DNA from: Asterionella formosa
Lineage: Eukaryota
Length of the DNA: 64,000 bases
Direction of reading: 5' to 3'
Assembly: GCA_002256025.1 (NCBI GenBank)
Contig: NKIB01005148.1
Location: forward strand, 62,001-126,000
This document shows, in pieces, positions 1 through 12,828 of this stretch. Under the pieces are notes generated by a model. The model made no database searches. It was not told the DNA's origin and was given only the letters and a program-made list of their open reading frames with translations. The position numbers and the translations under genes are program-made. Within the stretch, counting starts at the first letter, position 1. The number at the start of each line of letters is the position of its first letter.

Positions 1-2189
1 GTTGCATTTGTAACAGTTCATTACGAAATGAGGACATCATTTCAGTTTGAATAACACTGTGATTACGCCAAGTAGAGTCCGATGGAGTTATTTCAGAGAG
101 GTCTTCTGAACCTTTCAAGGTTACCTGATCTTTTGCTACCTGTACATACGATTTTCAGGGTGTGGCGGAAAGTGTGCGATGTTGATGAAGCTTATTGGAT
201 TGTAGTCGACTTTTGCGGGTGCTAACGCTATCCTCAATACTGCTGCAGAGGTCACTGTCAGTATTGTACCTTGTTTGTAGTTGCGCTTTCTTTGACTGAG
301 ATTCTTTTGTACTGGAGCGTGTTGGTGCTCCAGCAGTATTAAGATAGTTTGCTGATCGTGATGCGTTTCCTCAGGTAGAGTTCACTCCACTTGCCGAAAT
401 GTATGAATCTACTGCACTGCCGTCGAGAGATGTGGCTTTAGAGGAGATTGACAAGGAAGGGAAAGTGCTATCAAGCTCAGGAAAGATATCATCCAGCTTT
501 GCTTCTCCATCCTGTTCGTAAACAATTCGTGACTGATGATATGCTGTTGTTCGTTCCAGTAGTGAGTCCATCTCATTATATAAATCATGTACATTCAGGT
601 CTGGGAATGTCTCTTTAGCCACCGTGAGCAAGTGATATCTAACCTTATACATCTGAGCCTTCTTGCGGGTTGTGCTGGCCAATATTGCCGTCTTTTGTTT
701 AGTGCCATGTGGCACCACTGCGTCGAACATATTATTGCCATCCTCGTCAAGCAGATTTCTCAGGATCTCCCCCACTGATATGCTGCATCCTTGTACACAA
801 TCATCTCTTCCAATCCTCGAAGATTGTGTGGCATGAAAGTGATCACTTTCTTTTCAAATGCAAGTTGACCCTGTATAAACTTATCATTTGCATCTGCTGT
901 ACTCTTGAGCATTGCTACTAAGGGAATGAATCGCAAAAGCGGTCTTGTCCAGTCCTTGTTAGCAATGTCCGTTCCATATAGCTTTGTCAGCGCTGAACAA
1001 GCCTCAGCGTAATCCTCTTTTTTAGAACAAATGGTAGTAGCAAATGCCGATGGAGATGTTTCAGAGGAGCTGTGTATTTTTGACCAGCTGACTTAAATAG
1101 GGATTTCCTTATTTTTATTATGAATACGAATATTTTGAGTGAGATGCTTTGCTAGCTCGATTCGATTTTCCGCTGCCATTGTACCGTAAATTACTCCCAC
1201 CATTACCACTGGAGATATCCCAAATGGAGCCTGCGATACAGATAAAACTGGATACTATGATAATACCTTGTGAAGTCTATTGTTTCCAAAAATATCCAAT
1301 GGCTTAGGTGTTTGCAGATGCAGTAACACATGGAAGTTATCCTTAGTTAATGCGCCTTTGTGCACATAGCGTCTGATAATTCGAGTTTCAATTGAAGCTG
1401 GAATGTTACCCTGCTTTCTTGTGATAGGGTCAAGCAACTTGGATGTAACTAAAGCAATGATTTGAACAGATGGTACTTCTTTGAGAATAGCCTTGAGTAA
1501 TGGCTGGATAATAGCCATGATAGATTCATCGTTTGCTGTGTTGTCCATACGATTTATTTTTATTGCTATATATTGATTATTTGTTTCGCCAAAGAGTGAG
1601 GATTAGTTTTTGTCAAGGTGCATGACGGATCACAGTGTTGTTCGGAAACTTCGGCCATGATATGGTCCTGCTCCTCTCGCTCCAAATCTTTCACCTGTAA
1701 ACTTCGGTTGTCCGTAACCACCGTAGTTTTTGGAAGTACTCGCATCTGTTCATTAACCTGGAGCTCTGTTGTTGTTGTCTTTGGTTGTGTGAATTCCATA
1801 TTCGTTGTTTTGGGAGTTCCCGGAGGGCTCTGCAAGTCGAGCATCTCAACATCTGGTGAACTGTGCTGTGTTGGGCTTGCTGGCATCAGGGCTAGTCTTG
1901 GATCATATGTTTGTCTATCCGGCAACAACATTGGGCGTTTTGTACCTGTTCCTGTTTTAATGGGTGAACTTGGCTTAGTGTTCTTTGCTAGTATGGATGA
2001 TTTCGAGATTGCCGTGTTTTTCCTGGATGTTATGGATCCAGGAAGCAATACAGCATGTTAAGCCATTCCTTTATTTGGCTGGATTGGTGGTTGAATGCGA
2101 GCTAAATGAGTTGCCTTAGCACGTCTCGTCTGGGGAGAAACTGTCTGCCAACCAGTTTCGCCATCATCTGATGAGTGATCAGTGGTCAT
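1..2189 (-). mobile_element. Degenerate non-LTR retrotransposon (LINE) ORF1-like sequence, running off the window start
   Basis: ATG at 2189 reads MTTDHSSDDGETGWQTVSPQTRRAK..., a WQTV-basic motif typical of LINE ORF1. It continues in frame, through one TAA, into ORF 1566..2048, then by frameshifts into 1255..1548 and on toward 371..775. Long intronless broken reading frame; family assignment is by resemblance only. Confidence 0.55.
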
Positions 2190-2410
2190 GGGTTTCTTTT
2201 CCATTTAAATCTCTAAAATGAGTATTTCCTGCTATGTGCAGTGTCTGTAATGAGGATTCCAAAACGGAATTGCCGATTGCCAGTTGATAAGGTCGTTTCT
2301 CATGGCGCCAATGTGGAGTGAAAAAGGCATGATGAGGTAACTTATTTTGCTTTGTTGTAGTGTTGTTAAAGCACCTGGAAGCGCCATTTTCAGTACTCTG
2401 GTTTTCAGTT

Positions 2411-3580
2411 TCAGTATGTTGCATCTGACGCATTGTGGTTACATTGATGACTGGTGTGTGATGGGCATTTTGGAGTAGGCACAGGGTTAGCAGTGTCAGT
2501 ATGGTAGCTTTCTGTAGGATTACTGTGTGAACCGCCTCCACGACCACCAAAATATCCTTGTCTACCGAAACTGGAATGGCCACGTCCATTATGAGGACCA
2601 GCCATGCGACCTGCTTGACCACCTTGAATACGAGGATTCTGAAAACAATTGCCCCAAGTATGTGTACCTTCAGGACGATGTACTGGGCAAGGGCCACGAT
2701 AATCATGGTACGTACGACTGGCTTGTAGAGCTTGATGACGAACAGTCGCCTGACGATCCCATGCGCGACTGGCTGCATCGACAATAGCACGCGCTCTTCC
2801 ATGACCACTTGGAGTAAAATTATCGTTGTAGAATTGACGACTGACATGCTCGTTTTCTTGACGCATCACACGATTGCCTTCAGCAATACGAAGACGATTT
2901 TGTGTGATTGTTTGAAAACTCTTCTTGGGAAGGTGCTTGTTTCGATCCTTAAATGATTGTTGACTCTCGAAGTAAGCGAGAACCGAGCGAATTGATTGGT
3001 CTGAAGTTTTAGCATGATTCAATTCAAACTCTTGCTGCCACTCATCGGGCATAGAACAGATGATGATAATCTGCATATCTTCTTTTGACAATCCATTTTG
3101 ATCTTCTGGACGAGGCATTAGTTGAATTGGCCTGTTCAAAGTTTTAATATGAGCTCCGAAATCCATTACCAACATAGAAAAGGGTTTAGACAAGAAGCGT
3201 AGCATCCATTTTCGTTGACGTTGAAAACTCTCATTTGGTAAATGATCATCTAACCATAAAGCCATTGCTTCATCGAAACTTTCGTAGGATTGATCTTCTG
3301 GGTGCACTTCCACATTCAACCAATACGAGAAGGCAATGTTGGTCAAACACCTTTTAAAGTAGGAAAATGTATCTGCAGGGCTAAAGGCTCATGTCATGTT
3401 AGCCATGTCACGAAATTGATTCACTCCAATCAACAATGCTTCCACAGAGCTTCCATCGATTATATCTTGATCAAATGATTCAAACCTTCCACCGGTTAAA
3501 GCAACTCTGAATGTTTTAGTCTTGATGGTCAATACATTGTTATCTTTGATCAAAGGAATGACAGGAACCCTTGAATACAT
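2411..3580 (-). mobile_element. Ty3/Gypsy-like gag remnant with one in-frame stop and no pol
   Basis: ORFs 3389..3580 and 2411..3346 are in the same frame, separated by a single TGA (3389-3391). Motifs QRKWMLRFLSKP, MPDEWQQEF and the Cys/His knuckle PCPVHRPEGTHTWGNCFQNP, followed by an RG-rich tail, resemble gag of diatom LTR elements. Confidence 0.6.
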
Positions 3581-4118
3581 TGCTTGCCATGTCCATTTTC
3601 TTCTAATTGGACTCTTTTTGAATTCAAAGTGAAGTATCTAACCTAGAAGTAGTAGTATTTGTTGAATATATGAGCTAATTTATCTTATGCACAGCTTGTT
3701 TCCTAAGTTGACATCAAAGTATACAATAGGTGTTGGTCGAGTTCTGATATATTTGATATAACCCTAACCCTATATACATCATGTATCGATGTGCAGGATC
3801 GCTCACGGAGTATGAAATACCGTTTTACCGGTATGTTTAGTCGACGTGATATCGTCTAGATTTATGTGGTCTGCTTGAGTACCGATAGGACAAACACGGG
3901 TATTCAAGCTGAGTCCTCACGGAGGATTGGCATGCATGCGGCCATCGTCAGTCATACCAGGTACCCTGGTACCGCATGTATACCGGTGGTCAGCAGACAA
4001 TTTATTTTACCTGAAACATCTCAAGGTCATACCATCACTTGTCGTTGGACAAATACCGATAGTCCTGACTCTACCATTCAACCTCGCTATCAATTCATTT
4101 GGAAATCACTTCAGCCTT

Positions 4119-4699
4119 ATGTCTTCTCCTGCCTTTCAAAATAGCGCTCAAGAGCTTCATGCCAAATTGGAGGGAAGCGCTCGGTTGGTGTTAGATGAAG
4201 TGGACAAGACGATGCTTCGAACCATTGCACATTCATCCTCGAAATGCGTTGTAGCATGCTTTGACAAGGCGGGAAAGACGGGTTCATCAGAAGAACTGGA
4301 CCATTGCAGTCGCAAATGCCAAATTCCATATCAGCAAGCGACTAATTTGGTGCAGAACGTAAGTTTAAACTTAATCACTTCATCACAGAGCTTGTCAACG
4401 AGGTTCTAATAAATGTACCATTATTATCGTCTCGACTCATTTTGTGTGTAAATATTCCCATACATACCTATTATCATATATAGGAAACGAGTCAATTCCA
4501 GAACCGCCTTGGTAGGGCTATGATGGACTGCCAAGATCAAGCCAAAGATTTATTGACCCCGGGACAGGAACCTAGCCCAGCTCAAATGGCCAAGATTGAA
4601 GCGCACTTAATCAAATGCATGGGGAAGACAGTGGATGAACATATAAAGATGCTCAAGCCCATGAAGGATCGAATCCAGGGGATGTTGAAACAGTTGTAA
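4119..4699 (+). CDS. FAM136A: FAM136A-like (DUF842) protein, 2 exons (intron 4359..4483)
   Basis: MSSPAFQNS...CVVACFD...CSRKCQIP...LVQN|ETSQFQNRLGRAMMDCQDQAKD...IKCMGKTVDEHIKMLKPMKDRI. GTAAGT donor and TAG acceptor. Twin CX3C motifs and FQNRL.R..MDCQD are characteristic of the family. Confidence 0.85.
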
Positions 4700-5426
4700 T
4701 GTTCATTGAGAATGGTATTGAGTCTGCATATAGTACTAACTGATATACTGGTAGAATAATCAATGGTTTACCTTTGACAGATTTTCTCAAATTTTTAATG
4801 TGAAAAGGCAGGTTAGAGTGAGAAACAATGCAATAGTGTGATGAGCATTCATCACACCATTTATGTAAGGAAATGATGAGATATCCAGAAAACTATCACA
4901 TTAAACTACCCCTTCAAAAAATAAACTTGATCATATAGTCTCCACTAAACTACTGGTAGCACATTATTACTCCTGTAATAGCTAAACTGACACAGGTGTA
5001 TAGTACACCCCATGATGTATGAGTTTTGTCATGAGGGTTATGTTATGAAAAAATGTCAATGTTGGCCATACATACACTAACACTTATAGGTATAGTTTAT
5101 TAAGTTTTATAACAAATAATTGCATTGCTCTGATTCAATGTGACCCTCATTTCATCAAGTTGTCAACACACCTTAAAAATTCTGCCTGTGCGGGTTTTCC
5201 CTGTTTGTAGTATGGACAGTCTTAACAATGTCATGCATGAGAGCCAATACACAAGGCGAATTTACCAGCAACCAAAATATTATCTACGAAATACGTACAG
5301 ACGACACAGTTCCGTTTTAACAAAAAGAAGAGTTTACATCTCACCATTTTGTATTCCACCATGCGATAATTGTTTATGATCAAATACTGCACCAGCACCA
5401 TATACCAGCTGGGGTAGCCACTACTT

Positions 5427-7175
5427 ATGTCTCGCACAGCTCCCAATGCGTCCTCTACCTTAAAGACTGCCTGTTCTGCCACAACAGCAACAGCGAAGGG
5501 AAGGACAGACGACGAAGAGCTTTTTGTTTCCGACCTGTATTCATCGAGTTCCGCTGTCATTGCCAATGAAGAACGCGATGGTCTGCTACGGCGCACGCGG
5601 TTTCGGGTGTCGCCGATATCCACAAGAGAAAGCATGAGGCCCTACTGGCTCGGCCTGGGCCTGTTTCTGATTCTCTTCGCGTTTTGGCTGTTGGACTCCC
5701 TCAAAGATCCCATTTTCGCGATTTTGGTGGAAGGCAAACTCGATCAAAATCAGCCTCCTGCAAAGTTATGCAGTGTCACGACGACACTCATCATAGTTTC
5801 CATGGTTGAACTGGGCGCGTATGCGAGGAAGCAACAGCGAAACGCGGCGACACGTTTAGACGAATGGAAGGCCATGCCCATGGAGCAAGAACGTTCTTCA
5901 GATGTCGATCGCGTGTCGGCTGCGGTATTTGCATATGTGGGGGTCTCGTATGCTATAGCCTTTGCGGTAATAACCGTTGGACTGGGGTATCACCCTGCAT
6001 TTTCAGCAGATGTGCCTTCTTTCGATGCAGGCACATCCACGTCCACCATGTGGCATGTGGTTGGCTATGCCCTATATTCTGTTATTGAATCGTTCGGATC
6101 CCTGGCAGTTGCAACATTTTGGTCATATACCAATTCAAATTTATCTCTCCAGGATGCCGAACGATTCTATGGACTTATTATTGCCATTGCACAAGTGGGG
6201 GCCATTGGGGGCAGCACGATGGTCACAACACAGCATTGGTCTACGACCTCGTTGATGTGGGTTGCGTGTCTTGTGATCATCCTGCAAGTCCTCGTGATGA
6301 TGCGATACGACAGAGTATACAAAAATTATGTTCCAGATGAGGCACCGCAAACATTGACTCCAGTTACAGAAGGACCTGCTGTGTTGTGGTCAGGAGTGTA
6401 TTTGATTTTGCAACATAACTATGTGCTTATGATTATGGGAGTGTCGTGTCTCTACGAAGTATCCTTAACATGTCTGGACTATCAAATGAAACTTTTGGGA
6501 TGGAGTCGATTTGAAGAACGGCATTCTGGAATCTCTTTTGCGCAATTCATGGGGCGGTATGGGCAGGTCACCAACTTCACGAGTTTGCTGATTTCATCTG
6601 TTGTCTTTCCCTTTTTGATCCGACGGCTTGGATTGCGATATACTGTTAGAATATTTCCGACCCTACTCTTTATTGCGACGGTCGTGGCATATGGTGCTGT
6701 TCCAGGAAATCTGGCAGTTTTATTTCTATCGCTGTCGCTACTGAAGGCCATGACATACAGTATGCATGATCCAGCCAAGGAACTTTTATACATGCCCACA
6801 TCTGATGCCATTAAGTTTCGGGCCAAATTTTGGATTGATGTTGTAGGGGCACGGGTTGCCAAAGCTGCGGGAAGTAGCATTAATACCCTTGCTGGAAGTG
6901 TGGATGGCAGCATACAATTGGGAGCCGTCCCGAGTCTCCTCACGGCGGGAGCACTGTGGTACGTGTGTTACAATGTGGGCATCGCCTTTGATAGGCTCGT
7001 GAAGGAAGACCGAGTTGTGGGTCAGGATGAAAGAGGGCTGGATCGAAGTGGTAAATATCGCAATCTGCATACAACATGTTTGGACTCATATGAGCTAAAC
7101 CATGCCAATGCCGCGGAGGTGGAAGGTAACGACAATGAGTGCTGTGGTGATTTTGAGTTGAAGCCACTTATATAG
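5427..7175 (+). CDS. NTT/TLC-family (ATP:ADP antiporter family) nucleotide transporter
   Basis: 582 aa with many TM segments. Motifs LKDPIF, ESFGSLAVATFWSYTN, AERFYGLI and KELLYMPTSDAIKFRAKFWIDVVGARVAKAAGS match the NTT signature. Confidence 0.88.
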   Translation: MSRTAPNASSTLKTACSATTATAKGRTDDEELFVSDLYSSSSAVIANEERDGLLRRTRFRVSPISTRESMRPYWLGLGLFLILFAFWLLDSLKDPIFAILVEGKLDQNQPPAKLCSVTTTLIIVSMVELGAYARKQQRNAATRLDEWKAMPMEQERSSDVDRVSAAVFAYVGVSYAIAFAVITVGLGYHPAFSADVPSFDAGTSTSTMWHVVGYALYSVIESFGSLAVATFWSYTNSNLSLQDAERFYGLIIAIAQVGAIGGSTMVTTQHWSTTSLMWVACLVIILQVLVMMRYDRVYKNYVPDEAPQTLTPVTEGPAVLWSGVYLILQHNYVLMIMGVSCLYEVSLTCLDYQMKLLGWSRFEERHSGISFAQFMGRYGQVTNFTSLLISSVVFPFLIRRLGLRYTVRIFPTLLFIATVVAYGAVPGNLAVLFLSLSLLKAMTYSMHDPAKELLYMPTSDAIKFRAKFWIDVVGARVAKAAGSSINTLAGSVDGSIQLGAVPSLLTAGALWYVCYNVGIAFDRLVKEDRVVGQDERGLDRSGKYRNLHTTCLDSYELNHANAAEVEGNDNECCGDFELKPLI

Positions 7176-8019
7176 AGTACAAACTTGCTTATGCGAGTCT
7201 AATTAAGTTTAAAGTTTACACCAGTTTAACATAGAATAGTGGTATTTAAATCCTATTGTTTGGTTAGCATTGCGGCTAATGCTCATTTTCAAAATTAGAG
7301 GCAATCCACGACCCCTTCGCTGACATCGAACATCTTGCGGATTTATGTACTGTATGTTCTCAACAATACAACAACTGCACCAGCACAAGCTAAATCTATC
7401 AATTTAGTCAGAAAACTGGCTGTGATCTGCTTGTCAAATGATGTAAGATCAGGTTCAAAGGGAAAACATTGATTTGGAGATCAAGAACAAATTTCCTTTC
7501 AGGGATTTTTGCATGAAGCTGCCGCTGAACCACTTAACCTTTTCGGAGAGGGGGAAGAACGACTGAATAAATCGACAAGTAACAGAGTATGTTTCATTTG
7601 AACAGATGTGGCCATCCTCGGTTGGTGTATCCTGGGTTGCTGAATGATATGGTAGGCAGGTCATGACAGCAAGCAAGTTGCTTCCATCTGTGCTACAAAA
7701 TGCTGCTATTATGATAGTAAAGGAATTTATCAATGATGTACTTGGTGTCCATAAATCATTTACCAGAGTCTAGCTGACTTGGTTGGTCTACTTGACATTA
7801 AATTCTTGATCGACACATTATGCAAAATATCTACCTTCTCCTTCATTATTCTTACTGTATGAAGTCTCATTTTCATTCTGGAATCTTCTTTGTCAGAACC
7901 TGAGCTTTAAAAGACATGAGTAAATTTTTTTCCATTTTTTATTATCACGATTGCTCGCTTTGGTTGCACATCATCCAACTTGAGGTTGCTTCCTGTGATG
8001 TCTGTGACAGAATGTCAGA

Positions 8020-8385
8020 CTGGCATAGATTAAAGATAATCTGTGTTATAGCCCATTCGTTCCCCCCTATGTCAAGGCAAGTATTCATTGTGCTACCTGC
8101 CAACAAGACCTGTGCTTCCCTAGTTTTGTTAGCATAGTTGGGTCCCCAACCACCTTTTGCAAAAGGTGATTGTCTTAGCCGTGGCAGCGTTAGGGCAAAC
8201 TCCGACCACCTAGGAAGGCGGCACAAGCTGTTTTCAGGGGGGCAATCCCACTATTTCTTGCACACAGTAAGGAGTGTGGGAGTCGAACCCAACAATTGAT
8301 CCTTGAAAAAGAATTGCGGGAATCTAACCAGCACAAAACTTCAAATCAAAGGCAACGTGCTCAACCAACTTAGCAACTGAAGATT
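8020..8385 (-). mobile_element. Dispersed repeat with tRNA-like A/B-box head (candidate SINE)
   Basis: The minus strand has TTGCTAAGTTGGTTGAGC (D-arm/A-box-like) and TTGGGTTCGACTCCCAC (T-arm/B-box). The body downstream is homologous to 14413..14572 (+) and 53850..53915 (-). Confidence 0.45.
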
Positions 8386-9726
8386 CATCGGTCAAATCCT
8401 TGGACTCCAGTGTCAGAATACGAGCTTTCATGTATCCTGACTCCTGTGCTCATTTGACCGCTTGTTGTCCTCATCACCATGTTTGGAACATCTGCAAATA
8501 AAAACCATCATATGATTCATGCATTTTTTTAATTTGCAGACGAAGGCTGGCTGGTTTTTGAAAGTAGCTGACATTGACGGCTGTTCAGTGATTATGATGA
8601 TGCTAGAAATCATTTTATGATATTTCACCATCATCACCACACACACCAGACCAGCACTACACATCATGCCAGCCCAGCAAATGGCTATGATAGCCTGCCC
8701 TAAACCAAAATTATGATTGACTATGCAAATAACACATGACAGTTTATCTGGAAAATCAAGATTTAAATCTAATTATTTGATAAAATTTGCTTCTTTTCTG
8801 GGTTGCTTATCAGAAAAAAGATGATTGGATTCATTTTGATGTCTTATCAATGGGTTAGTTTATCAGAGGGTTGTTTAGTAGAGCTCATGGATATCATTGA
8901 TGTTGCTATATAGTTTTGGTTAATTATATCTATTTTCATAGTCTTATTTATAGGAAATGCTATACACCATAGGTCACTTGTATTGTTAAAAATATTTAAT
9001 TTTATCAGCTCTAACATGTATGGGAAGGAACCTCAGAAATGTCCTATTGGATATTTATTTATTCCTATGTCCTAAGAATACCTGTACTGGTGGTATCTGA
9101 TGGTACCCCTCGTACCTGGTTACATATAGAGCACCAGTACTACGGTACATGACCGTAATATGTTACAAATTCGCATCACACGCGTACACTGCATCATTGC
9201 CAACTGGAAGGTGTATTGAATCGACAGACGCGTTCATGATAGCTATGTGTCCTGCATTTTTTTCATGTGGTGGTCGTTAGCAGAGCTCATGCATACCTGG
9301 GTACCAGTATCAAACCCTGGTACGGGTAGACTACGGGTGGTATTTTACCCTGGTACAATTATCTAGAGCAGACTACCTGGTAGTCTACATAAAATAGTAT
9401 CAGGTACTCCGACCGGGACCAGGTGAAGGTATGTGTGAAGGATGCATCCCGGTAGGATGATAGTATGTACATACTAACGAAGATCAATTGTGGTTGGGCC
9501 GGGGATGTGAAACATCATATTCATACGTACATAACAGAGGCAGATCAAAAATGGTTGCTTTGCTGTCATCAAGACATTTCCTATATTGGTAAGTCTACAA
9601 AAACTGAGTGCAACATAGCAAAGAGGCAACAACAATAGCCATCAATAGCCATCTAAAGTGAATTTGACCTCTCCGCGTCGGCTGTTCACAGACTTAGCGT
9701 TCTGGCAAGTATCTCGAAAGGAAATC

Positions 9727-10711
9727 ATGAAGTCCCTTTCCTTGGTTCTCTCATGTGCAACGATGGGGATTCTAATTCAGGATTGTCAAGCGATTCTTCG
9801 ATTTGCATCGCCGCTTCAAGCGTTGACCATTTGGGACAAGGCCGTGGCAGGAGTATCCACTCCACGAGACGCCTTTCTTCCAAAATACAAGGCCGGCTTG
9901 CAAGCCGAACATGATACACGAGAAGCACTTCAAAAGCGTCACGAGGAGTTTCTGGAGAAGCAAGACAAGGAAAGCAAGGATTGGCCCAAACGCGCTGCCG
10001 CCATCGAACGTCGTCGCAAAACTCGGGATGATGCTTTGATTGAAAAAGCGTACGACAACGCCGTCAAGACATTTCAAGAGCCCAAAACGGGCGATGTTTG
10101 CGCACCAAAGGATCCCAATCAATTCCAATTTGTGGGTGTTGTGAATAAGAAGAATTCGGCCAAGGCTATAACGTGGTATGCCAGGAAGAAGCCTGCCGAA
10201 GCCAAATGGTCCATGCGCTTGGTACATGTGAATCAAGATGCCATCATTAAGGACTTGTTTAACCAGGGAAAAGTCGACATTGTTGCGACTTACAAGAATA
10301 CAGGGAAATCAGAGGAGTTGAAGAAACCTATCATTAACAGTCAGTATGATGTAAAGGAACGATCATGGAGGTAAGTCTAGTAAGATATACTGATATATAT
10401 ATATGCGTCTATCGCGTCGAAGCTAACGAGTTGCGCGCCATCAAAGAACTCTTTGGAATTTTTCTCCCAAACACTTTTTTACTGACCCCTCGGGCATGTA
10501 CTGGCGAGAGCGCCGCCTTCGACCAGGCATTTACACTGATGGAAAAATTGTGTACGAATCCACTTACAGATATAAGGATGGCCGAAATGGTATGTATAAA
10601 CTGGAACGCTTGGAGAGGTTTCTGAAAAACAAGAATATCGATGTCGTAGAGAAAAGGAAAATCACGAAACGCCTCAAGAATGAAGCACCTGATGTTGTCT
10701 TGGAAGGCTAA
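9727..10711 (+). CDS. Hypothetical protein with N-terminal signal peptide, 2 exons (intron 10371..10446)
   Basis: MKSLSLVLSCATMGILIQDCQA signal-like start. GTAAGT donor, GCTAAC branch site and AAG acceptor join ...KERSWR to TLWNFSPKHFFTDPSGMYWRERR... (ORF 10496..10711) in frame. Confidence 0.8.
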
Positions 10712-11039
10712 CGTGACAGTTGATTATGGACATCTTTTTTTGCTTCATATTCGATTCCCTTTACACGATTTCATGATCACTCAAGCTCGCTATAATGCAT
10801 ATGAAAAAAGTTGGACCCATATTTTGAAATATAAGCATGCATATAAAGTAATTAAACCCGATTTTCCGGTGCTTCCATCCAGCGAATTGCCCAATTCTCA
10901 TTCATTCAGAACGACCTATTTACGATGAAATGCGTTAAAAATGACGTTCCCTCCTCTTGTGTCAAATACCGGTAGACCATTTGACTGTCATACTTTCGTG
11001 TGTATCCACAAGTGTATTATAACTCGGCCCTGTAAACAT

Positions 11040-12319
11040 TTAATCGTAGCATGGATCGACATTATTTAAAGATACGCAGCAAATGCATTTTAGCTTTTTG
11101 CAATCCAAGCCGAATTCCGTAAAAACAGGTGGCTGACCTGAAGGTGGACAAAAGGCAATTGGCCAAAAGCCAGTCATATTGTTCTCCTGAACGAACAGTG
11201 TATCTTTCAAGCGAGGCAACATCATACATGTAAGTAAGAATGACAACATTCAGCATTTCTGACCATTCGATTCGACAACTACGTACTTAGAGCATTGTTT
11301 TCAATCACAGTATCACTAACAGTTCCTGTCAAATCGTTCGATTGCAAAGACAATATGGTCAACTTCTGCATATTTCCTAATTGCAGCGCTGGTAGCGTTC
11401 CTGAGATGGCATTATTGAACAATGTCAGGGCAATAAGATTCTGGAAGAGCGCAATTTCATCCGGGAGCGGTCCCACTAAATTGTTTGCGTGCAAGTCCAA
11501 TTCTTCCATCCTCGCGTCAAATCGATCACAACTGACTCCATACCATGTACACGTATGACTTTTGGTCAACCAATTCGTACTCAAAACCCATTCTTCTCCA
11601 AGAGTGGAATAATAAAAGACAACCAACGCGTAGCGAGACACTAACCACGGCGATGCGTGGGATTCTTTTCGGGGGTCACCGTACATCATCCATGAGGCGG
11701 CTCGGACTTGGGCGGGTTGGCTAGTGTCAAACCATTTGTCTATGTAATAGAAGAGGTCGTCTGAGGGCAAAAGGTCGAGAGAATTAGGTAGTAAATTTGC
11801 ATACTGTTGGGTTGCATTTCTTATGGCAGATAGCTGGGCTTCCGGTGTTGTTTCAATGTAGGCGGAAGGAGCACCACCCGGTGCAGTTGCGGAAGGAGCT
11901 GCAGGCGCAAGCGAAGGAGGAGCTGCAACTGGAGAAGATGACTTGTTGCCGGTCACCACAACTACCACGGTAACAATGACAGCAACAACGACGATAAAGA
12001 GAAAAGCAACTGCCATGTACAATTCTTTCTTCTCGACAGTTCCCCACTTTCCAGTCTCTGCCACATCTTTGAATAACGGGTTGATCTCTTTCGCTTTCTT
12101 GGATTTCTTGGCTGGAGCCCTTTCCTCCTCATTCAAAGGAATTTTCACCCCTCGAGTAAGTGACTGAGCAGCTGGCTGCCTTGAGCTCGAACTAGATGGC
12201 ACAGGAGGGTTTTCGTAATCATGATCGTCATCGTCTTCTTCATCATCGAAGTCCTCATGTTCGTCGTCGTAATCGCTAGAGTATTGCGAATCGGAATCAG
12301 GTTCGGGTTTGCTGGCCAT
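11040..12319 (-). CDS. Single-pass membrane leucine-rich-repeat protein, 2 exons (intron 11204..11286)
   Basis: Acidic N-terminus, TM helix, Q..A.SW..R.ALVVFYYST.GEEW...NWL...C.WYGVSC cap, and plant-type LRRs (LDLHANNLVGPLP). Phase-1 GTACGT..AAG intron links to NTLFVQENNMTG...DPCYD. Confidence 0.9.
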
Positions 12320-12828
12320 GGCTTGCGTCTATTCCTAGCTGTAGCAACTTGAAAACGGCGATGGCGAGTCTTGATGATATTGGTGTGTTATTCTCTTGAT
12401 GAGGCACAAGACTTGTTAGTATTGGCGGTGTTTGATCGTCCTGTCGTAACCTTTTGTTGGAAATGACCTTCTGGGAAGCGACTACCGGTACAATTGAATT
12501 TTACACGATACAACGGCAAAGAAAAGAATGAAGTACCTGGTACAGGTAAGCAATGTCCGCCCACTTATTTATTTGTAGAAGTAAGAACTCTAATTTCATA
12601 GTCGTACCCCTCCCTACATATATATGGGAAAGAAGACACATTTCTGTCTGATGCTGCATTGTTTTCTTATGATATGGCTGATGTACATGACGGCCATCAA
12701 TTTTTAGCATTACACTATATATACCCCAGGCAGTACATAATATGTAAAGCCAAACAGCGAATGACTCGACATCGACTTCTCGAGTACCTAAAAAAATATA
12801 TACCGGCAGCTGGTACCCCCCTGGTAGT

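Noticed and set aside
8270..8385. Functional intron-containing tRNA gene
   Set aside because: D- and T-arm motifs are present, but the acceptor stem does not pair, no clean anticodon arm forms, and a T5 run lies inside. Kept only as a SINE-like head.
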